From: Deltaproteobacteria bacterium
Lineage (GTDB): Bacteria; Myxococcota_A; Polyangia; JACPQR01
DNA: 64,000 nt
Assembly: GCA_016190375.1 (NCBI GenBank)
Contig: JACPQR010000213.1
Location: 3,340-67,339, forward strand
Direction: 5' to 3'
Shown here: positions 1 through 9,300 of the stretch, piece after piece
Numbering within the stretch: the first letter of the stretch is position 1
Layout of the letters: the number at the start of each line of letters is the position of its first letter
Notes under the pieces: generated by a model
The model's database searches: none
What the model saw: only the letters and a program-made list of their open reading frames with translations
Told to the model about the DNA's origin: nothing
Translations under genes and position numbers: made by a program

Positions 1-498
1 CACCCTCGGCGGCAGGTTGAGGACCGCACGACGGACATGGGAGACGACCCACTCGACGACCCCGCGAACCGAGATCACGCCGAGCGGGTGTGACTGCAGG
101 TCGACGATCGGCACGTGGCGGAAGCCGCCGTCGACCATTCTGTTCAGCAGGAACACCAGCGGGTCGTTCGGTCCGAGGACCGCCGGGTCCGGGGTCATGG
201 CGTCGGTGATTGGACGGTCCTGGGCGATTCCGTTGTGGACGACGCGCGTCATCACGTCCCGCTCGGTGAAGATGCCGACGAGCGTCTTGCCATCGACCAC
301 CAGCACGCAACCCACGCGGTTCTGCACCATCACGTCGATGGCCTCGCGGATCGTGGCCGTGTGCGGCACCGTCAATGCATCGTGGATGCCGACCCCGCCG
401 CACTTCTCGCGGAGGATCGACTCGCCCAGACGCTGCGCGTCCCTGTTCCTCTGGCTCTCGTCGGCGCCGTAGGCCTCCTCGAACTCGCTCGCCCCCAT
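1..498 (-). CDS. CBS domain pair protein (5'-partial at window edge; start ATG at complement 496-498)
   Basis: Minus-strand translation MGASEFEEAYGADESQRNRDAQRLGESILREK..VGIHDALTVPHTATIREAIDVMVQNRVGCVLVVDGKTLVGIFTERDVMTRVV..RHVPIVDL has tandem CBS motifs. AGGAGG lies about 5 nt upstream of the ATG. Absent from the ORF track because there is no stop inside the window. Confidence 0.6.
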   Translation of the reverse strand, partial: MGASEFEEAYGADESQRNRDAQRLGESILREKCGGVGIHDALTVPHTATIREAIDVMVQNRVGCVLVVDGKTLVGIFTERDVMTRVVHNGIAQDRPITDAMTPDPAVLGPNDPLVFLLNRMVDGGFRHVPIVDLQSHPLGVISVRGVVEWVVSHVRRAVLNLPPRV

Positions 499-599
499 GA
501 GCCCTCCTTCGGCTGGAAAAAGAAGGCAGCTTAGCATGGCGGCCATCCCCGCGTGACGGCGCTTGCAAACGAATCGAGGCGGCCGCTAAGGTCCTTGCC

Positions 600-1001
600 G
601 TGCTCAAGGATCTTTCTCGCATCTTCGGAGCGGTGAACCTCGCGTACGGTGTGGCTCTCGGTGTGATCATCCTCGAGGTGCTCCCCGCGCGACACATGGT
701 CGTCGATGTGCTGGGAACGGTGAGCTCGCTCGTGCTCCTGGCGTCGGGACTCGCGCTCTTGGCCCGGGCACCCTGGGCTCGGCGCGCGGGTCAGGCGGCG
801 GCCGGAGTGCTCCTCGCGTTCGGGATGATCGTCCTCGTCGGGATCATCCTGTCGATCGGATTCCTGCACGGCATCTACGGAGCGGTCGGGGAGGGCGGCA
901 CCGCGGTTCTCTCGCTTCTGGTCGCGCTCCTCGTCCCGTACCTCCTCGTCCTGCCGATCGTCGAGCTGGCCCACTTTCGGCGCCTGGCATCCGGCACGTG
1001 A
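600..1001 (+). CDS. small polytopic membrane protein (4 predicted TM helices), GTG start
   Basis: Hydrophobic L/V/A/G-rich 133 aa. Stop overlaps the GTG start of the next gene (GTGA at 998-1001). Confidence 0.45.
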   Translation: MLKDLSRIFGAVNLAYGVALGVIILEVLPARHMVVDVLGTVSSLVLLASGLALLARAPWARRAGQAAAGVLLAFGMIVLVGIILSIGFLHGIYGAVGEGGTAVLSLLVALLVPYLLVLPIVELAHFRRLASGT

Positions 1002-2782
1002 CGCGCAGGACCTCGAGCGCGCTCCTCGCGGTCGTCGCGACCGCCGCGGTGGGGTCGATCGTGATCGGGCGCTCGCTGCGCCTGGAGGCGGGGCCTCCCG
1101 TTCCGGCCGTGGTCGAGCGCTGGGTGGTCGCCCATCTCCGATCGGTGCTCGAAGGCCGCCCGCCACCCGCCAGGCCCAGCCATCGGGCGCTCGACGCCGA
1201 GCTCCCCGCGCCGCTGGTGGCGAGCGTCTTCCTGCGTGGACGCCAGGAGCTCCGCGTCTTCGAGGGTGGGACGCTGGGAAGAGCCGTCGAGCGTGCAGGT
1301 CGGGCGCTCGCGAAGAAGGGAGGCCTCGACCCCGCGGCCCGGATCCGGGTCGAGGTCCCGACCGCGCGCTCCCCGCTCATCGACCAGCGCGACCTCCTGG
1401 CGCTCTCGCTGGTCGCGGGCGAGGACGGGCTCGGAGCGGAGCGCCGCGGCAAGGTCGCGGTGGTGACGAAGTGGGAGCTCATCGGCCGTCACCTGTACGA
1501 CCGCCAGTGGGTGAACGAGCGACTCCAGTTCGAGATGGGCGTCGGAATCGCCAGGGCGCTCGCGCTCCTCGCGGCCGACCTCGGGGTCGACGAGGATCGC
1601 TTCGACGACGAGCCGCGAGGCCTCTTCCGGTTCCGCTCCCACACGATCCTGGAGGGCGATCCCGGCGTTCCTCTTCAGGAGCCCGACACCGCGCGTCTGA
1701 CCCGTCCCAAGCTGGTCGAGGCCGCGAGGCAGGCAGCGCGCTGGTGCCAGGCCGTCCTCGGCCCCACGGGCAAGTACACGTACCTGTATGATCCGATCGA
1801 GGACCGCGAGGACGAGGGCGCGCGCTACAGCCTGCCGCGGCACGCCGGCACGACCTACTACCTGGCCCAGTTCTACCGCCACGCCCGCGAGCCGGGCTTC
1901 GACCAGTCCGTTCGTCGAGCGCTCGACTGGATCGTGGACCACACCCTTCGCCGATGCGGACCTGGGCCGCGCCGCTGCGTGCGCGACGAGCAGAGGGCCT
2001 CGCTCGGATCGGCGGCGCTCGCCGTCGTGGCCATGGCCGAGTACCGGCATGGCACGGGCGACGACCGCTACGACCACGAGATGCGCGCGATCGGCCAGTT
2101 CATCCGTGACATGCAGAAGCCGAACGGCGACTTCCACCACCGATACTCGCGGCGGAGCGAGAGCGTGCAGCCCGGGCAGCTCCTGTACTACACGGGCGAG
2201 GCCATCCTGGCGCTCCTCAAGCTGCACGAGGAGCTCGGGGATCGCAGGGACCTGGAGGCGGCGAGGCGGGGCCTGGACTTCCTGACCGGCCCTGGCTGGG
2301 ACTTCCCCCTGTCCCCGTACTTCTTCAGCGAGGAGCACTGGACCTGCATCGCCGCGAACGAGGCCTACCCTAGGCTTCGCAACCGCCGCTACCTCGAGTT
2401 CTGCGACGGCTTCGCGCGGTTCAGGCGCGACTCCCAGTACGGGCGTGGCGCCACGGTCTTCGACAGCGAGGGCAGCTACGGCTTCGGAACCTTCGTGACG
2501 CCGCGCACCACGCCCACCGCCAGCACGACCGAGGCGATGGTGTCGACGGCGCTCCTGCACCGGAAGTGGGGCCGCCGTTCGCCGGTGATCGAGCGGCAGG
2601 TCTTCTCCGCCGTGCGTTTCCTGCTCAGGCGACAGCTCGGTCCCCAGACCGAGCACCTCTGTCCCGATCCGCGCCGCGCGCGCGGGGGCTTCCCCGCGAG
2701 CGCGGTCGATCTGACCATCCGCATCGACTACACGCAGCACGCGGGCTCCGCGATCCTGCGTTCGGCGGAGCTTCTGCCGTGA
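998..2782 (+). CDS. hypothetical protein with N-terminal signal/TM segment and alpha/alpha-toroid-like C-terminal region
   Basis: 594-aa ORF with protein-like composition (Y/W/F/D/E-rich C-terminal half, WDFPLSPYFFSEEHWTCIAANEAY). Coupled to the upstream membrane protein. Fold assignment is only inferred. Confidence 0.55.
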   Translation: MTRRTSSALLAVVATAAVGSIVIGRSLRLEAGPPVPAVVERWVVAHLRSVLEGRPPPARPSHRALDAELPAPLVASVFLRGRQELRVFEGGTLGRAVERAGRALAKKGGLDPAARIRVEVPTARSPLIDQRDLLALSLVAGEDGLGAERRGKVAVVTKWELIGRHLYDRQWVNERLQFEMGVGIARALALLAADLGVDEDRFDDEPRGLFRFRSHTILEGDPGVPLQEPDTARLTRPKLVEAARQAARWCQAVLGPTGKYTYLYDPIEDREDEGARYSLPRHAGTTYYLAQFYRHAREPGFDQSVRRALDWIVDHTLRRCGPGPRRCVRDEQRASLGSAALAVVAMAEYRHGTGDDRYDHEMRAIGQFIRDMQKPNGDFHHRYSRRSESVQPGQLLYYTGEAILALLKLHEELGDRRDLEAARRGLDFLTGPGWDFPLSPYFFSEEHWTCIAANEAYPRLRNRRYLEFCDGFARFRRDSQYGRGATVFDSEGSYGFGTFVTPRTTPTASTTEAMVSTALLHRKWGRRSPVIERQVFSAVRFLLRRQLGPQTEHLCPDPRRARGGFPASAVDLTIRIDYTQHAGSAILRSAELLP

Positions 2783-2834
2783 TGGACAGTCCGCGCGATC
2801 CGTCGAGTGCGCGCGCCTCGGCCTTCGGCTACGC

Positions 2835-3314
2835 TTGCCGGTCATGAGAAACGCGATCGTCGCCGCCGCTCTCCTGGGCCTCTTCCCAGCCTCGCTCGCG
2901 CTCGCCGACGACCCGCCTCCCGACCCGGGCGCGATCACGGCCCGTTCGGATGTGCACCTGGACCTTCAGAGCCTTCCCGGCACGCGGATGGAGGCGCTGC
3001 AGGCGCTCGGCGCCGCCGTTCAGCGCAAGATGCCCGACCTCCGCACGTGCTACGACCGCGCGGTCGCGGCGACACCCGCCCTCGCGGGCGACCTCAGGAT
3101 GCTCCTCGAGACCACCCCCCGCGGCACCGTCAAGCAGGTGACCGTCGCCGAGGACCACTTGCACAGCGCTGTCGTCGCGCGTTGCATCGTACGCGTCCTG
3201 CGGAGCCTGCCCCGCGGCCTGCCTCCGAGCGCCCGTGGCCACATCGTCCTCACCTTCACCAACACGATGGCCAGAGGAATCAGGAACGGGGCCACGACCC
3301 AGCCGAGCCGCTGA
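2835..3314 (+). CDS. secreted AgmX/PglI-C-terminal-like (TonB-C-like) domain protein
   Basis: Signal peptide MRNAIVAAALLGLFPASLALA. C-terminal ~90 aa (TCYDRAV..GTVKQVTV..ARCIVRVLRSLPRGLPPSARGHIVLTF) resembles the myxobacterial AgmX/PglI C-terminal domain. Confidence 0.45.
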   Translation: MPVMRNAIVAAALLGLFPASLALADDPPPDPGAITARSDVHLDLQSLPGTRMEALQALGAAVQRKMPDLRTCYDRAVAATPALAGDLRMLLETTPRGTVKQVTVAEDHLHSAVVARCIVRVLRSLPRGLPPSARGHIVLTFTNTMARGIRNGATTQPSR

Positions 3315-3320
3315 GCCCGG

Positions 3321-5081
3321 TTACTCGCGCTCCAGCCTGTCGGTGTCGATCGTCTCGCGGGTCACGTCGATCTGAAACGGCTCGGCCTCGCCTTCGCGCT
3401 GGACGAGCATCCGCACGCCCGATCCCTCGGTGCCGCGGATCCGGCCGACGACGTCGTCGAGGTCGAGGCCGTCGACCCGCTCGCCGTCGACCTCGAGGAT
3501 GAGATCGCCGGACTGAAGGCCGGCGCGGGATGCCGGCGTCTCCTGGAACAGGCCGAGCACCTTCACGCGGCCGTCGCGGACCGACAGCGTCATTCCCACA
3601 CCACCGAACACCCGCGGCTCGAGGGCGATCTCGCCCAGGTCCAGGTCCTGTCCCGTCGGGGCGAGCGCGACCGTCTCGGCGCGATGCCCTGGAGCGCGGA
3701 TCTCCAGCTCGGCGACGTCGAGCGGCAAGCCCGCGAGCACGAAGGCGCCTTCGGCGTCGGTGAGGACCGATGACGGGGCGCGACCGCCGCTGCCGCGAAG
3801 GAGTCGCGGTCGGACTCGGGCGCCTGGCACCGGCCCACCGGTGAACCGAGTGACTACCGTGCCGGTGGCCGCGAAGGGACCCGCCAGCCTGACCTCGACC
3901 CGCGCCAGGTCCTGACCGGCCTCGAGCGTGATTGCGACGCGACCCGCGTCCTCGTCCAGACGCGCGACGATCTCGTACTCGCCCGCGGACACGCCCGTCA
4001 GCGCGAACGCACCCGACTCGTCGGTGGAAGTGCCGGCCTCGCTCCGTCCGCCTTCCGCGAGCGCGATCGACGCGCCCGCCGCCGGCGAGCCGTCGCGCCC
4101 GCGCACCCATCCGGAGACCGACGAGGGGGCGGTGAGGACGAGCTCCACCCAGCGGGCTCCCGGCTCGGCGATCGCGGGCTGGCTATCCGCGAAGTCGGGG
4201 TGCGCCGCGACGAGCGAGAGCGCCTCGTCGGGCAGATCGGTCAGCGCGAACTCCCCGGCGGCGTCGGTGGTCGCCGTGGCGGCCGCCCCGGAGCGCGCGT
4301 GCGGGTTCGCGAGCGCTCGCACGGTCGCGCCGGCCACGAGACGCCGGCCGGGATCCAGTACGCGACCCCGAAGCTCGCGACCCACCGAGAGCTCCAGCAC
4401 GACGGAGGTGGTCCTGCCGGGCGAGAGCCGCGCCCGCTCCGTCGCCGGGGCGTAGCCGGGACAGGTCGCGGTCACGCCGACCCTCTCCTCGGGTCGCAGC
4501 GCGCCCCACAGCGCCTCGCCGCGCGCATCGGTCTCGAGCCCCTCCGCGAGGCCCGTCAGGCTGACGGTCGCGCCGGGCAGCCCGGCGCCACGCAGGTCGA
4601 CCACGCGCACCGCGAGCGCCGCGGCGCTCCCGAGCACGACGACCACGAGGCTCTCCGGGCCCTGGCCGTTCCTCACGACCAGCGGCCCCGCCGCCCCGCC
4701 CGGCGTGAACCTGGGATGCTCGGCCAGGACGAACCAGCGCCCGTCCTGGGGGACCTCGAACCGGAAGCCCCCGTCGGGTCCGCTGGTCGTGACGACCTCT
4801 TGCCCCGCTTCCCCACGCAAGACGACCCTCGCGCTTCCGACGCGCCGGTGCGTGGGATCCTCGACGCGACCGTCGACGAAGGCCGGGGAAGCGAGGATCG
4901 GGTCCTCGATCGGCTCCGCCGGCTGTGGACGAGGGCGCGCGCGGGGAAGCCTGAGATCGATCCTCCGCCGAGCGGCGGCCGCCGTAGCCTCGTGGCCCTC
5001 GGACGGCCAGACCGCGAAGCCGACCGCGACCGCGACGACCGCGGCGGCAACGAGCGCGATGGCGAGCCTACGGCGCGTCAC
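3321..5081 (-). CDS. carboxypeptidase-regulatory-like repeat protein with C-terminal PDZ domain
   Basis: Four repeats of the pattern ..VRGRVLD..G.P.AGA.V.L....T..DGAF.L..L..G.Y.L.A, then GMTLSVRDGRVKVLGLFQETPASRAGLQSGDLILEVDG (PDZ). N-terminal TM/signal. Confidence 0.75.
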   Translation of the reverse strand: MTRRRLAIALVAAAVVAVAVGFAVWPSEGHEATAAAARRRIDLRLPRARPRPQPAEPIEDPILASPAFVDGRVEDPTHRRVGSARVVLRGEAGQEVVTTSGPDGGFRFEVPQDGRWFVLAEHPRFTPGGAAGPLVVRNGQGPESLVVVVLGSAAALAVRVVDLRGAGLPGATVSLTGLAEGLETDARGEALWGALRPEERVGVTATCPGYAPATERARLSPGRTTSVVLELSVGRELRGRVLDPGRRLVAGATVRALANPHARSGAAATATTDAAGEFALTDLPDEALSLVAAHPDFADSQPAIAEPGARWVELVLTAPSSVSGWVRGRDGSPAAGASIALAEGGRSEAGTSTDESGAFALTGVSAGEYEIVARLDEDAGRVAITLEAGQDLARVEVRLAGPFAATGTVVTRFTGGPVPGARVRPRLLRGSGGRAPSSVLTDAEGAFVLAGLPLDVAELEIRAPGHRAETVALAPTGQDLDLGEIALEPRVFGGVGMTLSVRDGRVKVLGLFQETPASRAGLQSGDLILEVDGERVDGLDLDDVVGRIRGTEGSGVRMLVQREGEAEPFQIDVTRETIDTDRLERE

Positions 5082-5191
5082 GGGCGTAGAGGATAGCCGC
5101 GGACGATTGCGCGTCCAGCCCGGCCGCCCATCGTAGGGTAGGATGCTGCTCTCATGAGCATCCCCACCGTCGCCGTTCGCGAGCCCCTCTG

Positions 5192-6436
5192 ATGCGGCCC
5201 TTGCCCGAGGCCCAACGGAGGCGGAGGCGGCCGCTCGTCGGCGTCGTCGAGACCGCCGGTCGTGGAACGCGTGCGCGCGGAGACCCGCGGGTCGCGGCGC
5301 TCCTGCGCGCTGCGCTCGAGCGTGGATCCGAGCCCGAGACCCGCTCGCTGACGCACGGCTTCCACGCCTATCCGGCCCGGATGCATCCGGCGATCGCGCG
5401 GCACCTGGTCGCGACGACCCCGGCGGACGCCATCATCCTCGACCCGTTCGCGGGCAGCGGAACGGTGCTCGTGGAGGCGGCCGCCCACGGACGCCGCGCC
5501 ATCGGCGTCGACGCGAACCCGCTCGCGGTCCGCCTCGCTCGCCTGAAGACGTCGCGCTGGTCCCACGGCGACCTGGAACGGCTGATCGCGCATGCACGGG
5601 CGCTCGCGCGGCGCGCGTCCGGACGCGCGGCGGCGCAGAGGGGCACGCGGCTGCCCGGCTTCGATCCGCGCACGTTCGCTCCGCACGTCTTCCGCGAGCT
5701 CCACTTCCTCAGGGCGGAGATCGAGCGCGGGCCGGACCCCGCGATCCGCGAGGCTCTCTGGCTCGTCCTGTCGGCGATCGCGGTCAAGGTCTCGCTGAGG
5801 GTCGCCGACACGTCGGAGCTCGAGGCCCCGAAGCGGCTCGCGGCGGGGTTCGTGTCCCGGCACTTCGCCCGCAAGGCCGAGGAGCTCGCGCGGGGCCTGG
5901 GCGACCTCGCCCGAGCGATCCCCGAAGGCACGCCTGGGCCCGAGGTGATCGAAGGCGACGCGCGCGATCTCCCGCTGCCGCCCAGGGCCCGGATCGGACG
6001 CGTCATCACGTCTCCTCCCTACCCGGGCATCTACGACTACGTCGCCCACCACGCGCTGAGGATCGAGCTGCTCGGGATCGACGCGCGCCGCTTCAGCGAG
6101 GTGGAGATCGGGGCGCGCCGCCGGAGCCAGGCCTCCGGCGCCCTGGAGACGTGGCGGAACGATCTGGGGCGAGTGGCGAGATCGCTCGAGCGCCACCTCG
6201 AGCCGGGCGGCCTGGCGATATTCCTGATCGGCGACGGCATCGCGGGAGGCCAGCGCGTGCGCGGTGACGAGTCCCTGACGAACGCGTGCTCCGGCACCGG
6301 ACTCGAGGTTCGCGCGGTCGCCTGGCAGTCGCGGCCCTCGCGCTCGCGCCTGGAGCGCGCCGTCCACGGACCGACGAAGAACGAGTACCTGATTGCCCTC
6401 AGCGCCCGCGCCCGACCATCGGGAGGAAGTACCTGA
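5192..6436 (+). CDS. SAM-dependent amino-methyltransferase (DNA/RNA N6-A/N4-C/N2-G class; motif I DPFAGSGT, motif IV SPPY)
   Basis: HGFHAYPARMHP, DPFAGSGTVLVEAA and RVITSPPYPGIYDY motifs in gamma-class order. No restriction-enzyme partner nearby. Confidence 0.75.
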   Translation: MRPLPEAQRRRRRPLVGVVETAGRGTRARGDPRVAALLRAALERGSEPETRSLTHGFHAYPARMHPAIARHLVATTPADAIILDPFAGSGTVLVEAAAHGRRAIGVDANPLAVRLARLKTSRWSHGDLERLIAHARALARRASGRAAAQRGTRLPGFDPRTFAPHVFRELHFLRAEIERGPDPAIREALWLVLSAIAVKVSLRVADTSELEAPKRLAAGFVSRHFARKAEELARGLGDLARAIPEGTPGPEVIEGDARDLPLPPRARIGRVITSPPYPGIYDYVAHHALRIELLGIDARRFSEVEIGARRRSQASGALETWRNDLGRVARSLERHLEPGGLAIFLIGDGIAGGQRVRGDESLTNACSGTGLEVRAVAWQSRPSRSRLERAVHGPTKNEYLIALSARARPSGGST

Positions 6437-7199
6437 CGCCCGTGAGCTCGTTGACGCCGACGTAGACGTCGGTGCCGAACGTCTCGCGGACCCGGCCGTA
6501 CGTCAGAACCTCTTCCACCGTGCCGAGCCCCGCCACGCGGCCGCCGCAAACGAGGAGCACCCGGTCGCACACCTGCGCGGCGAGGTTCAGGTCGTGCATC
6601 GCGGCCACGACCGAGAAGCGGCCGCTCCGGGCTCCGGAGCGGAGCAGCTCGTGCAGCTCGACCTGATGTCGGATGTCGAGGAAGGCGGCCGGCTCGTCGA
6701 GGACCAGGATGGAAGGCTCCTGGCACAGCGCGCGGGCGATCACGACCCGCTGCCGCTCGCCGCCCGACAACGCAGGGAAGGGTCGGTCGCGGAGCTCCCA
6801 CGCGTCGACCTCTCGCAGCGCCGTCTCGGCGATCCGCCTGTCCGTCTCGGACTCGATGGTCATGGAGCCGAGGTGCGGCGCCCTTCCCATCAGCACGACC
6901 TCGAGGACCGTGAACGCGAAGGTGACCTCGGTCCTCTGGGGTACGAAGGCGAGCTTGCGGGCAATCTCGCGGCGCGCGAGCCCGGCAAGGGTGCTCGAGC
7001 CCATCGCCACCCGGCCCGCGTCCGGAGCGTGAAGCCCGGCCGCGACCCGGAGGAGCGTGCTCTTGCCCGCGCCGTTCGGGCCGAGCACTCCGAGGAGCTC
7101 CCGCTCGCCCAGCTCGAAGCCGACGCCGTCGAGCACCTTCCTGGCGCCGTAGGAGGCATGGACGGATTCGACACGCAGCGATGGCTGACCGACTCCCAT
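6399..7199 (-). CDS. ABC transporter ATP-binding protein, FecE/FepC/HmuV-like (iron-siderophore/heme/B12 type)
   Basis: Walker A GPNGAGKST, signature LSGGERQRV, Walker B LVLDEP, H-loop AAMHDL. Start placed at M80 (MGVGQPSLRV) because the upstream extension of the ORF is R/S/G-rich noise. Confidence 0.85.
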   Translation of the reverse strand: MGVGQPSLRVESVHASYGARKVLDGVGFELGERELLGVLGPNGAGKSTLLRVAAGLHAPDAGRVAMGSSTLAGLARREIARKLAFVPQRTEVTFAFTVLEVVLMGRAPHLGSMTIESETDRRIAETALREVDAWELRDRPFPALSGGERQRVVIARALCQEPSILVLDEPAAFLDIRHQVELHELLRSGARSGRFSVVAAMHDLNLAAQVCDRVLLVCGGRVAGLGTVEEVLTYGRVRETFGTDVYVGVNELTGVRYFLPMVGRGR

Positions 7200-7230
7200 C
7201 GGAGCGCCAGAGCATGACACACTCGGGGAG

Positions 7231-7908
7231 GTGCCACGCATCGACGCCCCTACGGCGCTCGCAGTCGCGCTTCTCACTCTGACGGCCGAGGCCCAGGAGT
7301 TTCCGCTGCCTGGCATGCTCCCCGGCTTCGGCACCGTCTCGAGCCCCGCCGCGTCGCCGGCGCCGGCCGCGCCCGCGCTCGAGGTCGGCCAGTGGGTGGA
7401 GTACCGCTTCCGGCGGGGCCGCGAGCGTCCCGTCACGGTCCGTTACGCGCTCGTCGAGCGCGAGACCGGCGGCGACTGGCTCGAGACCCGCTACACGCGG
7501 GCCGACGGTGGCCGCCTGCTCATCCGCGTCCTCGTCGAGGGCCGGCTCGACCGCCCGGGCCGGATACGGCGAGTGATCGTCCAGGAGGGCCACGGACAGG
7601 CGCTCGAGCTGCCCGCGGAGCGGGGCGCCGGAGCGCTGCCCCCGCCGGTTCCCACGTCCTCGAACGCCCGCGTGCTCGGTGAGGAGACGGTGCAGGTCGC
7701 CGGGCACAGCCTCCGCGCGCGCCACGTTCGCGCGACCGAGGGTCCGGGCGCGACGGACGCCTGGGTCTCGACCGCCGTGCCCCTCTGGGGGCTGGTCCGG
7801 TTCTCCTCGTCCCGCTACGAGCTCGACCTCCTCGGCTTCGGGACCGGGGCGCGCACATCGCTCGTCGGCGAGGCCGTGCGCTTCGACCCCTCGGCCGCGG
7901 GGCGGTGA
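7231..7908 (+). CDS. secreted hypothetical protein
   Basis: Signal peptide MPRIDAPTALAVALLTLTAEA. 225 aa with moderately protein-like composition. Confidence 0.45.
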   Translation: MPRIDAPTALAVALLTLTAEAQEFPLPGMLPGFGTVSSPAASPAPAAPALEVGQWVEYRFRRGRERPVTVRYALVERETGGDWLETRYTRADGGRLLIRVLVEGRLDRPGRIRRVIVQEGHGQALELPAERGAGALPPPVPTSSNARVLGEETVQVAGHSLRARHVRATEGPGATDAWVSTAVPLWGLVRFSSSRYELDLLGFGTGARTSLVGEAVRFDPSAAGR

Positions 7909-7956
7909 ACCTCTCGAAAAGTTGACGGATCCACCCCGCCCGCCTCAGATGGGGCC

Positions 7957-9300
7957 ATGAGGATCGGGACATCGCCCGCTCGTCTCGTGGCAGTCCGCGG
8001 ACGGTTCGTCACGATCGCTGCCACTCTCTCGGTGGCCCTCGCGATCGGAACGCCGATCGCCCTGCAGCTCCGCGCCTCGCACCGGGCCCGCACCCTGTCC
8101 GCGCGCGCGATCGATCTGCTGGAGGTCGGGCCGGGATCGCTCGGGCCGGAGATGCTGCCCGACACGGGCGCGGCGCTGCGTCTCGCCGTGCGCGCCCGGG
8201 CGATCGATCCCGAGCTCGGCGCGGCACGGTACGCGCTGCACCTGGGCACGGGCATCCGCGACCTGGCGCGTCACGACCTCTTTCTCGCGGAGGGCGAGCT
8301 CGGAGCGGCCTCGAGCGATCGGCCCGGCGCCGCCGCCCCGCGCCGGTACCTCGGGATGGCCTTGCTCGAGGCGGGCCGGCTCGGCGAGGCCAGGGTGGCC
8401 TTCGATGCCGCGCTCTCGCGAGACTCCCACGACGTGCACGCGCTGGTCGGCCTCGGCGACGTCGAGCTGGAGCGCGGGGATCACGAGGCCGCGCTGCCCA
8501 GGTACGAGGCCGCGCTGGAGCTCGAGCCGCGGCTCGCCTCGGTGCACGATCGGGTCGGGCTGGCGCTCGCCCGGTCCGGCAGGCTCGAGGAAGCCGAGCG
8601 CGCGCTGAGACGGGGAGTGGCGCTGGACGGCAGGCTCCCCGAGCCGAGGGTGAGCCTCGGCAACCTCCTGCTCCGCCAGGGGCGGATCGACGAGGCGGAG
8701 GCCGCCTACAGGGGCGCGCTGTCGGTCTCGGGGACGAACGCCACCGCCCACCTCGACCTGGGGATCCTGCTCTTCGAGAGTGGCCGTTCCGCCGAGGCCG
8801 AGCGGCACCTCGCGAGGGCCGCCGAGCTCGACCTCGACGATCCCACAGCGCGAGGCGCGCTCGGCGATCTGTACGCGGCGAGCGGAAGTCTCCCGTCCGC
8901 GATCGCCAGCTACAACGAGGCGATCGAGCGCGATCCGGCGAGCCCGGCGTTGCAGAACAACCTTGGAAATGCGCTCGAGCGCGCCGGGCGCCTCGACGAC
9001 GCGGAGCGGGCGTTCCGGCGCGCGATCGAGCTCGACCCCGTGCTCGCGTTCCCTCACAACGGCCTGGGCAGCGTGCTTCTGGCGCGCGGCGACGGGCCCG
9101 GAGCGATCGCCGAGCTGGAGCGAGCCGTTTCGCTCGCGCCGGATGTGCCGCACGCCTACTTCAACCTCGGCCTCGCCCTGACGCGGGTCGGCCGTGGCGA
9201 CGCGGCGCGCACGGCCTTCGACAGAGCCTGCGAGCTCGGCACGGCCGCGGCCTGCGGCGTCACCTCGACTTCCCGGGGAACCACTCGAGGGCGGCGATGA
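7957..9300 (+). CDS. tetratricopeptide repeat (TPR) protein
   Basis: Many 34-aa repeats with A..Y..A....G.....A...F..AL..DP pattern. N-terminal TM. Confidence 0.7.
   Translation: MRIGTSPARLVAVRGRFVTIAATLSVALAIGTPIALQLRASHRARTLSARAIDLLEVGPGSLGPEMLPDTGAALRLAVRARAIDPELGAARYALHLGTGIRDLARHDLFLAEGELGAASSDRPGAAAPRRYLGMALLEAGRLGEARVAFDAALSRDSHDVHALVGLGDVELERGDHEAALPRYEAALELEPRLASVHDRVGLALARSGRLEEAERALRRGVALDGRLPEPRVSLGNLLLRQGRIDEAEAAYRGALSVSGTNATAHLDLGILLFESGRSAEAERHLARAAELDLDDPTARGALGDLYAASGSLPSAIASYNEAIERDPASPALQNNLGNALERAGRLDDAERAFRRAIELDPVLAFPHNGLGSVLLARGDGPGAIAELERAVSLAPDVPHAYFNLGLALTRVGRGDAARTAFDRACELGTAAACGVTSTSRGTTRGRR

Noticed and set aside
875-2938. 687-aa minus-strand ORF antisense to the 998-2782 gene
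   Set aside because: R/A/G/P-dominated composition with no motifs. It is a typical antisense open frame of a ~70% GC genome. The plus-strand partner has protein-like composition and is coupled to its neighbour.
5078-7725. 429-aa and 562-aa minus-strand ORFs overlapping the methyltransferase/ABC region
   Set aside because: Antisense, Arg/Gly/Pro-rich. The opposite-strand genes carry clear SAM-methyltransferase and ABC motifs.
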